A stretch of 64,000 nucleotides of DNA, from NCBI GenBank assembly GCA_050486505.1, contig JBJHDK010000001.1:19383-83382 (forward strand), in the 5' to 3' direction. The notes under the pieces were generated by a model. It ran no database searches, was not told the origin of the DNA, and saw nothing but the letters and a program-made list of their open reading frames with translations. How positions within the stretch are numbered: the stretch's first letter is position 1; each line of letters opens with the position of its first letter. This document shows, in pieces, positions 1 to 10,161 of this stretch. Origin of the DNA: Fibrobacteria bacterium. Its GTDB lineage: Bacteria; Fibrobacterota; Fibrobacteria; UBA11236. The translations under genes were made by a program, and so were the position numbers.

Positions 1-563
1 ACGGGTTCCCCCCCTTCCCATCCCACCACGGTTGATTCCACACCCACAGCGCAGGGACCGCCGTCGAGCACGCAATCGATTCCTTCCGCGAAGGCGCGCG
101 CCACGTGTTCCGCGCGCGTGGGGCTGAGAGCGCCGAAGGGATTGGCGCTGGGTGCGGCGAGGGGAATGTCGGCTTCGCGCAGCAAGGCCTGCGCGAGTGG
201 GTGCGCAGGCACGCGCACGGCGACCGACGGCAATCCCGACGTCGCGAGATCGGGAACATTCGGGGCCTTGGGAAGTACGAGCGTCAGGGGGCCGGGCCAG
301 AAGTCGCGCATGAGGAGCACGGCGTCGGGAGGAACCGTTTCCCAGAGCGCGCGGGCCCGCGTTTCGTCGGCGACGTGGAGGATCAACGGGTCGAAAAAAG
401 GGCGGCGCTTCACCTCGAAAATGCGGGCCAGCGCGATCGGGTCGAGGGCGTGCCCGGCCAGTCCGTACACGGTTTCGGTGGGCATGCCGACCAAGCGGCC
501 TTGTCGCAGTGCATCCGCGGCGCGGCGCAGGGCTTCGTGAGTCGGTTCGAGCACGGGAATCAT
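1..563 (-). CDS. tsaC: L-threonylcarbamoyladenylate synthase (Sua5/YrdC), 3'-truncated by window edge
   Basis: Hand translation of the minus strand from ATG at 563: MIPVLEPTHEALRRAADALRQGRLVGMPTETVYGLAGHA...IFEVKRRPFFDPLILHV. Carries the PTETVYGL and KxRP motifs. Absent from the ORF track because it runs off the edge. Confidence 0.93.
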   Translation of the reverse strand, partial: MIPVLEPTHEALRRAADALRQGRLVGMPTETVYGLAGHALDPIALARIFEVKRRPFFDPLILHVADETRARALWETVPPDAVLLMRDFWPGPLTLVLPKAPNVPDLATSGLPSVAVRVPAHPLAQALLREADIPLAAPSANPFGALSPTRAEHVARAFAEGIDCVLDGGPCAVGVESTVVGWEGGEP

Positions 564-606
564 GGCCGTGGAAAGGTAGCAGGGCGGGCCCGCGGCCGGT
601 ACAGCG

Positions 607-3600
607 TCAGGCGCGCAGGGCCGCGTCGAGCTTTGCGGCGAGTTCTTCGTGGGTGAAGGGCTTCCGAACACGGATCCGGTCGGGTCCGAGGGAGCCGTCC
701 GGAGTTTCGGAACCCGTCATGAACAGGCACCTCGCGCGCGGGCGTGCCGCCAGGAAGCGTTCCGCCAGCGTTTCGCCGCTCATGTCGGGCCACTCGGCTT
801 CGGTCATGAGCAGGCCGATTTCGATCGGGTTGTGGCGCGCCACCAGCAGGGCCTCCGCGGGCGATCGCGCGACCAGCAGGGGAAACCCCAGTTCGCGCAG
901 GATCGCCGATGCCGCTTCGAGGTGCGCGGGATTGTTTTCGACCAGGAGGACCGTCGGATTCTGGCCGGAAGCCGTCCGGGAGGTCGCTTCGTGCTCCTTC
1001 CGCTCGGGACGGTAACGCGGCAACCGGATGCGGAAGGTCGCCCCTTTTCCGGGAGCACTTTCGACTTCGATATGCCCGCCGCTTTGTTTGACGATGCCGT
1101 GGACGGTGGGAAGACCCAGGCCCGTCCCCTGTCCGAATGGCTTGGTGGTGAAGAAGGGCTCGAAAAGGCGCTCCATGGTTTCGGGCGTCATGCCCTCACC
1201 GTTGTCGCGAATGGTCAGAACGACATAGTCGCCTGTCGCGAGGCCTGGCGGCGGCGAATGCTGCGCGTCGAGAGTCTCGTTGCGTGTGGTGATGGACACT
1301 GCGCCCTGTTTCGAGGACCCGATGGCATCGCGTGCGTTGATGCAGATGTTGACGAGAACCTGGTCGGCCTGCACGGGGTCGATGCGCACGGGCCAGAGCG
1401 CCGCGTCCGTTTCGACATGCAGTGCGATCCCTTCGCCGACGAGCCCGCGCAGCATGCCCGCCATGTCGCGGATCTGGGCGTCGAGTTGCACCACTTGCGG
1501 CTGCGCGGCCTGGCGGCGGGCGTATGTCAGCAACTGGCGCGTCAGGGCAGCGGCCCGGCCGGCGGCGTCGTGGATTTCCCTGAGGCTGGCGTGAAGTGCG
1601 CTGCCGGCCTCGGTTTTGCGCATCGCGATCTCCGACCGCACCGAAATCACGGTCAGCATGTTGTTGAAGTCGTGCGCCACGCCGCCGGCCAATTGGCCGA
1701 TGGCCTCCATTTTCTGCATCTGCCGAAGGGCCGCCTCTTGCACCACCTTGTCCGTGATGTCGAGAATGAACCCTTCCAGGTGGCCGGGAGCGTCGTTTTT
1801 TCCCGCGATGAGATGGCCGCGTTCCCAAACCGTTTTGACCTTGCCGTCCCGGGCGATGATGCGGTATTCCATTTCATAGGGAACCATGGCCGCGACAGCG
1901 TGATGCGTGGCTTCGTGGACATGCGCCCGGTCCTCGGGATGGACGAGTTCGCCGTAGGTGATCACACCCTCCTTGCCGAATTCCGCGGGAGAGTAGCCGG
2001 TCAGTTCGGTGACGCTTTCCGAGACGTAGAGCATCGTCCAGTTCTCGTCGAGCCGGCACCGGTACGCGGTTCCGGGAAGATTGTCGATCAGTGTGGAAAG
2101 GCGCCGCTCGCTTTCGTGCAACGCATCCTGCGCGGCCCTGATGTCGGTGACGTCGCGCATGGTGCCCACGATCCGCTCCACTTCGCCCTTCTCGTTGAGG
2201 ATCGAGGTGGAACGATCGAGCACCCAGCGGACGCTTCCGTCGGGATGCAGGACCCGGAACTCGGTCTCGGTGGGAACCCCGGCCATTTCATTCCAGTGGG
2301 CTGCCATGGCCTTGTCACGGTCGTCGGGATGAATCGACTCGACGTACGACATCGGATTGGCATAGAGGTGCTCCAGCGGCATGCCCCAGATGCGTTCGTA
2401 CCCCTTGCCCGCGAAGAGGATCTGGTTTTCGACCGGATCGTAGTTGTAGAAGATGTCCTGCACGTTCTCGGCCATCTCGCGGAAGCGCTCCTCGCTGCGG
2501 CGTAGCTCTTCTTCGGCACGTTTTTTCCCGGAGATGTCCTCGACAAGGGCGAGGATCCCGATGGATTCGTTGTCACCTCCCTTGAGGGGTGCGGCGGAAA
2601 GACGCATGTCGAAAAGCGTTCCGTCCCTGCGTCGGCGCGTCAGCTCGATGCCCGTAAGCGTTACCCCCCGAAGTACCCGGTCGCGCAGGGCGATGAACTC
2701 CTCGCGTTTGTCGTCGGGAATGAACGGGAGGTTTCTTCCGACGATTTCAGCTGCCGTCCACCCGAAGATTGCGGTCGCCGAGTCGTTCCACGACTGCACG
2801 CATCCCTCGGGGTCGAGGGTGATCACGCCGAGGGGAAGGCAGTCCACCACGGCGCGCCGGAACTCCTCGTCCTTGCGCCGCGCATACTGCGTGATGATCA
2901 ACGACACCAGGTTGGAAACGGAGACGGCGAAACTTTTCTCGGCAGGAGTCCATTTCCTCGGGCTTCCGGTTTGTTCGAAACAAAGCACGCCCTCGAGCGC
3001 GCCTGCGTTGAGAATGGGGGTGTCGAGCATCGACGTGATGCCCAACGGCTTCAGGTAAGACTCGGCGAATTCACGGGTGCGGGCGTCGGTCAGAGCGTCG
3101 TTTGCATCGATCACCCGGCTTTTCTCGAGCGCGAGGAAGTATGAGGGGTACGTCGTGGCTTTCAGCACGTGTCCCGCCGAATGTCGCCTTGGCCCGCGTT
3201 CAAAGAGGTCGCGGCTGACGATGGTGGTCCGACCCTCGTCGTAGTGCCAGATGCTCACGCGTTCCACGCCGAGCGTGTCGGCGACGGTCTCCGTGATCTT
3301 TCGCATCTCGCCTTCCTGATCGGGGGATTGCAACAGCCTCCGTGTCAACAGCGTCAGGGTTTCATGTTGTTGCGCATAGTCGCGGTTTCCTTCCTGCAGC
3401 GCTTCGTTGGCCTCCCGTTGCGCGTTCATCTCCTTTCGGATGCGCCAAAGCGCCCCACGGACGAGCAGGTACACAAGAACCGATGTCGCGGCGACGAAGA
3501 GCAGGCCCTTGAGCGTCTGGATGGAGAGCGGCAGGGCCCAGTTTCCGGCAAGGTCGCCCGCGAGCCAGTCGGACACGATGATCCACAAGGAGCCTGTGGC

Positions 3601-3645
3601 TGCGTACACGAGCGTGACGCGGAGCGGGCTGGTAAAGAATTTCAC
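607..3645 (-). CDS. Membrane hybrid sensor histidine kinase (2 TM, GAF, 3 PAS, HisKA, HATPase, degenerate receiver)
   Basis: H-box GGVAHDFNN, N-box NICINARDA, G-boxes DNGEGM/FFTTK/GTGLGL, PAS/PAC motifs (HPDD, HPED), C-terminal VLLVENN...KPF. Confidence 0.93.
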   Translation of the reverse strand: MKFFTSPLRVTLVYAATGSLWIIVSDWLAGDLAGNWALPLSIQTLKGLLFVAATSVLVYLLVRGALWRIRKEMNAQREANEALQEGNRDYAQQHETLTLLTRRLLQSPDQEGEMRKITETVADTLGVERVSIWHYDEGRTTIVSRDLFERGPRRHSAGHVLKATTYPSYFLALEKSRVIDANDALTDARTREFAESYLKPLGITSMLDTPILNAGALEGVLCFEQTGSPRKWTPAEKSFAVSVSNLVSLIITQYARRKDEEFRRAVVDCLPLGVITLDPEGCVQSWNDSATAIFGWTAAEIVGRNLPFIPDDKREEFIALRDRVLRGVTLTGIELTRRRRDGTLFDMRLSAAPLKGGDNESIGILALVEDISGKKRAEEELRRSEERFREMAENVQDIFYNYDPVENQILFAGKGYERIWGMPLEHLYANPMSYVESIHPDDRDKAMAAHWNEMAGVPTETEFRVLHPDGSVRWVLDRSTSILNEKGEVERIVGTMRDVTDIRAAQDALHESERRLSTLIDNLPGTAYRCRLDENWTMLYVSESVTELTGYSPAEFGKEGVITYGELVHPEDRAHVHEATHHAVAAMVPYEMEYRIIARDGKVKTVWERGHLIAGKNDAPGHLEGFILDITDKVVQEAALRQMQKMEAIGQLAGGVAHDFNNMLTVISVRSEIAMRKTEAGSALHASLREIHDAAGRAAALTRQLLTYARRQAAQPQVVQLDAQIRDMAGMLRGLVGEGIALHVETDAALWPVRIDPVQADQVLVNICINARDAIGSSKQGAVSITTRNETLDAQHSPPPGLATGDYVVLTIRDNGEGMTPETMERLFEPFFTTKPFGQGTGLGLPTVHGIVKQSGGHIEVESAPGKGATFRIRLPRYRPERKEHEATSRTASGQNPTVLLVENNPAHLEAASAILRELGFPLLVARSPAEALLVARHNPIEIGLLMTEAEWPDMSGETLAERFLAARPRARCLFMTGSETPDGSLGPDRIRVRKPFTHEELAAKLDAALRA

Positions 3646-3666
3646 GATGCGAGCGGCGGTGCCGGG

Positions 3667-5088
3667 CTAGTTCGGTGAAGCGGGACCGGGGGTGCCCTCA
3701 ACGTGCTCCCCTCCGGAAGGGGCTTCCCCGGAGTCCCCCCGTTTGCGGGCCTCGATCTCGTTCAGCTTGCGGTAGATGGTGCGCACGCCGATGCCGAGTT
3801 CCTCCGCGCTCTTCGCGCGATCGCCGTGGTTGCGCTTCAGCACCTGCTGGATGACCTGCAACTCGATGTCCTCGAGCTTCGTCCCGGGGCGAAACTGCAG
3901 GCGCGGGGCCGAATCGTCGCCACCGCAGATTTCCGGCGGCAAAACCTTCGGCGTGATTTCCGGTCCGGTGGTGAGGATCACCGCGCGCTCGATGGCGTTC
4001 TCAAGTTCGCGGATATTTCCGGGCCACGAATAGCCCTCCAGCAATTGCAGGGCCTCGGGGCTGAGGGCCAGGGGTTGCTTCCGGTTTTTTTTGCAGTACT
4101 TCGCGATGAAGTACGAGACGTACATCGTGAGGTCTTCCATGCGGTCGCGCAGCGGGGGAAGCAGCAGGGGAATGACATTCAGGCGATAGAACAGGTCTTC
4201 ACGGAATTGTCCCGAGGCGACCATCTTGCGCAGGTCGCGGTTGGTGGCCGCAATGACGCGGACATCGACCTTTTCGGGGGATCCGCCCACCGGCGTGACC
4301 TCGCCCTCCTGGAGCACGCGCAGCATCTTGGCCTGCAGTGCGAGGGGAAGCTCGCCGATTTCGTCGAGGAAGATCGTCCCGGAGTGGGCTTCCTGGAAGC
4401 GCCCGCGTTTGTCCTGGTAGGCGCCCGTGAAGGCGCCGCGCTTGTGCCCGAAGAGTTCCGACTCGATCAGGTTTTCGGGAATGGCGGCGCAGTTCACCGT
4501 CACCAGCGGCTTGTCGGCGCGCTTCGAGTAGGCGGCGATGTAGTGCGCCAGCACTTCCTTTCCGGTGCCGGATTCCCCGAGAATGAGAATGGTGGCCTCG
4601 CTGCCGGCCGCCAGGGACGAAGATTCCAGCAGTTCGCGGAAGGCGGGGCTTTTGCCATCGGTGAAGGCGGGGATTCGCGCCTTTTGAAGCGATTTTTTCA
4701 GCTTGAAGTTTTCGGTGAGCAGGCTGGTCTTTTCGAAAGCGCGGCGCACCACGGCCTCGATCACGGGCATGTTGAAGGGTTTCGAGATGAAGTCGTAAGC
4801 TCCGTAGCGCATCGCGGAAACCGCATCCTCGACCGATCCGTATCCGGTGATGAGAATGACCTGGATGTCGGGGTTGATGGCTTTGATCCTTTGAAGCACT
4901 TCGAGGCCGTCGAGGCCGGGCATTTTCAGGTCGGTGATGACGACTTCGGGAAGCTGTTTGCGGACGATGTCAATGGCCGCGTGGGGGTCGCTGCACTTGA
5001 TGGGCGCGTAGTCGAGTTCCTCCAACAGGGCGGCCAGGGATTCGAGGACGCTGGTATCGTCGTCAAGGATCAGGAGTTCTTTTTTCAT
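3667..5088 (-). CDS. Sigma54-dependent response regulator (NtrC/AtoC family)
   Basis: Receiver [49 protein letters not shown], Fis-type HTH. Confidence 0.95.
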   Translation of the reverse strand: MKKELLILDDDTSVLESLAALLEELDYAPIKCSDPHAAIDIVRKQLPEVVITDLKMPGLDGLEVLQRIKAINPDIQVILITGYGSVEDAVSAMRYGAYDFISKPFNMPVIEAVVRRAFEKTSLLTENFKLKKSLQKARIPAFTDGKSPAFRELLESSSLAAGSEATILILGESGTGKEVLAHYIAAYSKRADKPLVTVNCAAIPENLIESELFGHKRGAFTGAYQDKRGRFQEAHSGTIFLDEIGELPLALQAKMLRVLQEGEVTPVGGSPEKVDVRVIAATNRDLRKMVASGQFREDLFYRLNVIPLLLPPLRDRMEDLTMYVSYFIAKYCKKNRKQPLALSPEALQLLEGYSWPGNIRELENAIERAVILTTGPEITPKVLPPEICGGDDSAPRLQFRPGTKLEDIELQVIQQVLKRNHGDRAKSAEELGIGVRTIYRKLNEIEARKRGDSGEAPSGGEHVEGTPGPASPN

Positions 5089-5283
5089 GCAATCGTTGGA
5101 TTCGGGAGGTCGTGATGTGGCCGAATGATAACAGCCGGGCCCCCTGTTTCAATCCGGGACACAAGATTTTATGTGTCCGTCGTCATTATGCATGGTAAGT
5201 TAACCCGAGGATTTTCCTTTTGCTTGATCTTTCGCGCCCGATCGACCCGCTCCTTCCAGAAGGTTGCAATCCACGGACACCTT

Positions 5284-7692
5284 ATGCATTTCACGCTTGA
5301 TTTTTCCGAAATCGGAATGGATCGCCTCCCCGAAGTCGGGGGCAAAAACGCTTCCCTTGGGGAAATGTTCAATCGACTGCGCGACGACGGCATCGCGGTG
5401 CCCGACGGCTTCGCGGTGACTGCGGCGGCGTATCGGCTCTTCCTGCAGGAGAACGGGGTCGTCCCCCGCCTCGAATCCCTTCTGGCCACTCTCGACCTCG
5501 CGGAGTTCTCGAACCTCGAGGCGGTGGCGCGCGAGGCGCGCGAGCTCGTCACCGGCGGCGAAATGCCCGCGGCCATCGTCGCGGCGGTGAAGGAGGCGCA
5601 TGCCTCGCTCATGGGGCGCTGCCCTCCCGGAACCACCCTGGCCGTGCGGAGCAGCGCCACCGCCGAGGACCTGCCCGGCGCGAGCTTCGCCGGCCAGATG
5701 GAGACCTTTCTCAACATCGCCGGCGACGACGCGCTGCTTGCCGCTTGCCACAGGTGCTTCGCGTCCCTCTTCACGGCCCGGGCGATCAAGTACCGGGTCG
5801 ACAACGGGTTCGATCACATGCAGGTGGCGGTGTCCGTCTGCGTGCAGCGGATGGTACGCAGCGACCTTGCCTCTTCCGGTGTCGGGTTCACCATCGACCC
5901 CGACACGGGAAACTCCAATGTCGTGTTACTGACCGGGGCGTTCGGACTCGGCGAAAACGTGGTGCAGGGCGCGGTCGGCCCCGACCAGTTCACCGTGTTC
6001 AAGCACGGGCTGCGCGAGGGGCTCGACCCCGTCATCGCGCGCCAGGTCGGGCCGAAGGAAAAGACGATGGTCTATGCGGCCGCCGATGCGCCGGGCGGGG
6101 AAACCACGCTGAACGTCGATACACCCGCCGAAAAGCGGAAGGCCCTTACGCTATCCGATGCGGAGGTCCTGCAACTGGCCCGGTGGTGCGTCCGCATCGA
6201 GGAACACTACGGGCAGCCGATGGACATCGAGTGGGCGAAGGACGGGCAGACCGGGGAGCTTTTCATCGTGCAGGCGCGCCCCGAAACCGTGCATGCGGGT
6301 CCGCGCGCGGGGGCCTCGCGCAAGTCCTACGCCATCGGGGAGCGCGGCGAGGTCCTGGCCCGGGGCACGGCCGTCGGCAACGCCATCGCCTCCGGGCGCG
6401 CGCGGCGCATCGATTCGCCCGCCGATTCGGGGCGGCTGCAACACGGTGAGGTGCTGGTCACCGGCATCACCAATCCCGACTGGGACCCGATCATGAAAAA
6501 GGCCGCGGCCATCGTCACCGACAAGGGCGGTCGCACCAGCCATGCCGCCATCGTGGCGCGCGAGCTCGGCCTCACCGCCCTGGTCGGCACGGGCACCGGT
6601 ACCTCGTCCATTCCCGATGGCGCCGAGGTCACGGTTTCGTGCGCCGAGGGCGACACGGGGTACGTGTATGCGGGCAAGGTTCCTTTCACCGTCACGGAGC
6701 ACGGCCCCGGAGACTGGCCCCGGCCTCGGACCCCGGCCATGCTCATCCTCGGGGAACCCGATGCGGCGTTCCGCATGGCCGCGCTTCCCTGCGACGGCGT
6801 CGGGTTGATGCGCCTCGAGTTCGTCATCAACAATGCGATTCGCGTCCACCCCGTGGCCCTGGCGAAGTGGGATGAAGTGAAGGAAGGCCCGGCCAAGGAG
6901 GAAATCCGGACCCTGACGGAGGGATGGGACGACAAGCCCGCGTACTTCGTGGACAAACTCGCCGAGGCGGTGGGAACCATCGCGGCGGCCTTCTGGCCGC
7001 GCGAGGTGATCGTCCGCATGAGCGACTTCAAGTCGAACGAGTACGCGGGCCTGCTGGGCGGCTCCCAGTTCGAGCCGGACGAAGAAAACCCCATGCTCGG
7101 CTTTCGCGGCGCCTCGCGCTACTACCACCCCCTCTATCGCGACGGCTTCCGCCTCGAGTGCCTGGCCATGCGCAAGGTGCGCGATGTCATGGGGCTGACC
7201 AACGTGAAGCTGATGATCCCCTTCTGCCGCACGGTCGAGGAGGCGGAAAAGGTGGAGGCCGAAATGGTCGCCAACGGGCTGCGTCGGGGCGAGAACGGCC
7301 TCGAGCTTTACGTGATGGTCGAGATCCCCAGCAACGTCCTGTTGCTGGAGGAGTTCGCGAAGCACTTCGACGGGTTCTCCATCGGCTCCAACGACCTTAC
7401 CCAGCTCACGCTCGGGCTCGATCGCGACTCCGAGCTTGTCAGTCCTTTGTTCAGCGAGAAAAATCCCGCCGTGCAGGAGTTGATCGCGCGCGCAGTGGGT
7501 TCCGCGCGCAAGGCCGGGCGGCGCATCGGGCTGTGCGGGCAAGCGCCCAGCGATCATCCCGATTTCGCGCAATTCCTGGTCGCGCAGGGCATCAGCAGCA
7601 TTTCGTTCACACCCGACGCGCTGCACCAGGGCATGAAGAACATGGCGCAGGCGGAAGCCGTGTTCCGGAAACACGAAGGGAGCGAAGCATGA
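5284..7692 (+). CDS. ppsA: Phosphoenolpyruvate synthase
   Basis: VGGKNASLGEM, AVRSSATAEDLP, GGRTSHAAI (phospho-His), EENPMLGFRG, FSIGSNDLTQ. Start chosen at ATG 5284 (MHFTLDF). Confidence 0.95.
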   Translation: MHFTLDFSEIGMDRLPEVGGKNASLGEMFNRLRDDGIAVPDGFAVTAAAYRLFLQENGVVPRLESLLATLDLAEFSNLEAVAREARELVTGGEMPAAIVAAVKEAHASLMGRCPPGTTLAVRSSATAEDLPGASFAGQMETFLNIAGDDALLAACHRCFASLFTARAIKYRVDNGFDHMQVAVSVCVQRMVRSDLASSGVGFTIDPDTGNSNVVLLTGAFGLGENVVQGAVGPDQFTVFKHGLREGLDPVIARQVGPKEKTMVYAAADAPGGETTLNVDTPAEKRKALTLSDAEVLQLARWCVRIEEHYGQPMDIEWAKDGQTGELFIVQARPETVHAGPRAGASRKSYAIGERGEVLARGTAVGNAIASGRARRIDSPADSGRLQHGEVLVTGITNPDWDPIMKKAAAIVTDKGGRTSHAAIVARELGLTALVGTGTGTSSIPDGAEVTVSCAEGDTGYVYAGKVPFTVTEHGPGDWPRPRTPAMLILGEPDAAFRMAALPCDGVGLMRLEFVINNAIRVHPVALAKWDEVKEGPAKEEIRTLTEGWDDKPAYFVDKLAEAVGTIAAAFWPREVIVRMSDFKSNEYAGLLGGSQFEPDEENPMLGFRGASRYYHPLYRDGFRLECLAMRKVRDVMGLTNVKLMIPFCRTVEEAEKVEAEMVANGLRRGENGLELYVMVEIPSNVLLLEEFAKHFDGFSIGSNDLTQLTLGLDRDSELVSPLFSEKNPAVQELIARAVGSARKAGRRIGLCGQAPSDHPDFAQFLVAQGISSISFTPDALHQGMKNMAQAEAVFRKHEGSEA

Positions 7693-8465
7693 CGGCATCG
7701 AACGGCAACAACGAATTCGCGGGCAAGGTCGCGCTGGTCACCGGCGCGGCTTCGGGAATCGGGCGGGCCACGGCCCTGGCTTTTTCCGCCGCAGGCGCGA
7801 GTGTGCTCGTCTCGGATGTGCAGGAGGAAGCCGGGGAGCAAACCGTCGGGCTCATCCGCGCAGCGGGCGGTCGTGCGAAATTCGTGCGCTGCGACGTCTC
7901 GCACGAGGACGAGGTCGAGGCGATGGTCGAGCGATGCATCGAGTCATTCGGGCGCCTCGACTTCGCCTGCAACAACGCGGGGATCGAGGGGGCCTCCTCC
8001 GCCGTCACCGATCTTTCGGGGGAGGAGTGGAACCGCATCCTCGCCGTGAACCTGACGGGAACCTGGTACTGCATGCGGCACGAGTTGCCGGTGATGCTGC
8101 GGCAGGGGGGCGGGTCGGTCGTCAACGTCGCGTCCATCGCCGGTGTCGTGGGCTTTCCCAACGCATCGGCATACGTGGCGAGCAAGCACGGGGTGGTCGG
8201 GTTGACGCGGTCCGCCGCGCTTGAATACGCGCGGCAGGGGATCCGGATCAATGTCGTGTGCCCCGGGGTGATCGAAACCCCCATGATCACACGTGCGACC
8301 GGGGGCGATGCCACTGCGGCCGCACAGTTCGCCCAAGGCGCCCCGGCGGGGCGGATGGGACAACCGGAGGAGATCGCCTCCGCCGTGCTATGGCTGTGCT
8401 CCGCCGGGGCGGGATACACCATCGGGCACCCCCTCGTCGTCGATGGCGGCTGGACCGTGCAGTAG
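7689..8465 (+). CDS. Short-chain dehydrogenase/reductase (classical SDR)
   Basis: TGAASGIG, NNAG, YVASK (YxxxK), CPG; ATGA overlap with the ppsA stop. Confidence 0.93.
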   Translation: MTASNGNNEFAGKVALVTGAASGIGRATALAFSAAGASVLVSDVQEEAGEQTVGLIRAAGGRAKFVRCDVSHEDEVEAMVERCIESFGRLDFACNNAGIEGASSAVTDLSGEEWNRILAVNLTGTWYCMRHELPVMLRQGGGSVVNVASIAGVVGFPNASAYVASKHGVVGLTRSAALEYARQGIRINVVCPGVIETPMITRATGGDATAAAQFAQGAPAGRMGQPEEIASAVLWLCSAGAGYTIGHPLVVDGGWTVQ

Positions 8466-8606
8466 CGTTATTTTCCCCGCGTTTTCTTCGATTTTTCCTG
8501 GCAGTCGACTGCCGGAATGACCTTGAAGGCTGCCGTTTCGGCAGTCTTTATTCGTTGATTCCAGTAAAAAAGTCGAAAATTCTCTCAAAAATCGATCATA
8601 ATGATG

Positions 8607-8622
8607 TGGCACGCGCCTCGCA
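8607..8622 (+). promoter_or_regulatory. Putative sigma54 (-24/-12) promoter
   Basis: TGGCACGCGCCTCGCA has exact GG-N10-GC spacing and one mismatch to TGGCACG-N4-TTGCW. It lies about 50 bp before ATG 8674, with AT-rich sequence upstream. Confidence 0.7.
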
Positions 8623-8673
8623 TTCCTCCCCTGCAGGTGGGATGTCCCACCACCAAGACCCGGGGGTGGAGCC

Positions 8674-9939
8674 ATGCGTGCCGCGATCAATACAACAGCA
8701 GCGAAGGGACGCGGGAAGGCCATCACCGCGATGTTGGGGTTGGGAACCGCTGTGCTCATGGTCGCGGGATGCAACCTCTCCCATGAAATCTCTCCTGTCG
8801 GCCCCGACACCCGTGAGTTGATTGCAGGACCCGCCAGCCCTGGCGGCATGATGGATCTCCGGACCCAAAACAGGGCTGTGTCGGTTCAGAACCGGCACGG
8901 AGCGAATCTCTTCTCGGTGCGCGGGGTGGTTGGGACGGGCGTGAGCCAGGATGAAGCCGGAAACCCCGTGATCATGGTCTACACCGAGGAGCCGGGGGTT
9001 CAGGGGATTCCCGAAGCCTTGGAAGGACTGCCGGTCCGCACGGAAGTGATCGGCAAGATCATCTCCCTCGACGGCAATGCCAACGGCAAAAGCCCGGGCA
9101 AGGGGCAGGGGAACAACAACGCCGGCGGCGTCGGCATCGGGAACAATCCGGGCGCCGTCACGGATCGTGCGACTCAGCGTTTTCCCAATGATGGAGTATC
9201 CCCCGACGCTTGCGCCGACATCGACCGCACGGCCCGCTTTTCCCGCGCGGTTCCCGTCGGGGTTTCGGCCGGCATCTCGGGGTTTAGCGGCGGCACTTAC
9301 GGGGCACGCGTGAAGGACGCGGCCGGCAACCTCTACATGCTCAGCAACAACCACGTGTTCGCGGGGCGCAACAGCGCGCCCATCGGACGGGAGGCCGTGC
9401 AGCCGCGTCCCCAGGACGGCGGGCGGGCGCCGACCGATGCCGTGGGGCAGTTGGCCGACTTCGAACCGCTGCGTTTCTGCAACCTCGGGGGAGAGTACGG
9501 GGACGACGCCTCCAGCTGCCCGGTGAACGTGATCGACGCGGCCATCGTGTCCACGACCGAGGAGTTGGCGGGGCGCTCGACGCCGTGCGAAGGATACGGA
9601 ACCCCGAAGGCAGCCGCGGTGGAGCCGCGGGTCGGGATGCAGGTGATGAAGTACGGGCGCACGACGGGGCTGACCACGGGTCGCATCCGCGCGGTCAACG
9701 TCACGGTGCACGTCAACTTCGGATCGCTCGGAAACGGTGCGTACCGGATCGGGATTTTCTCGGGCCAGATCCAGATCTCCCAGGAAGGTTTCTCGAGCAG
9801 CGGTGATTCGGGTTCGCTGCTGGTCACGCAGGACGGCAATCCCGTGGGCCTGATCTTCGCCGGGAGTAGCACGGCGTCCTTCGCGAATCCGATCTTCCCC
9901 GTGCTCGAACGTTTCGGCGTCACGGTCGACGGGGAATAA
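8674..9939 (+). CDS. Putative lipoprotein with trypsin-like (S1/Nal1-like) serine protease domain
   Basis: Lipobox-like LMVAG-C; catalytic triad motifs LSNNHV, IDAAIV and GDSGS; KYGRTTGLTTG typical of Nal1-like proteases. Confidence 0.8.
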   Translation: MRAAINTTAAKGRGKAITAMLGLGTAVLMVAGCNLSHEISPVGPDTRELIAGPASPGGMMDLRTQNRAVSVQNRHGANLFSVRGVVGTGVSQDEAGNPVIMVYTEEPGVQGIPEALEGLPVRTEVIGKIISLDGNANGKSPGKGQGNNNAGGVGIGNNPGAVTDRATQRFPNDGVSPDACADIDRTARFSRAVPVGVSAGISGFSGGTYGARVKDAAGNLYMLSNNHVFAGRNSAPIGREAVQPRPQDGGRAPTDAVGQLADFEPLRFCNLGGEYGDDASSCPVNVIDAAIVSTTEELAGRSTPCEGYGTPKAAAVEPRVGMQVMKYGRTTGLTTGRIRAVNVTVHVNFGSLGNGAYRIGIFSGQIQISQEGFSSSGDSGSLLVTQDGNPVGLIFAGSSTASFANPIFPVLERFGVTVDGE

Positions 9940-10161
9940 CCTCCGTCGCCCCTTGCGGAGGGACCGTCCGGGAAGGAGTCCCCCCGTGACCTCCCTCCAG
10001 CGCCTCCTCTAACTCATTGATATATCGCGAGATTCCGGGGGGGTACATTCTTGCCTCCCTTTTTTGCGGGCTGGACTTAATTTTCCCCGGAACCGGCGCT
10101 TTGCCGGAACGGGCCGCCTGCATGGAACCACGGTCCCGCCCACGGTTTTGCAAGGAATTCG

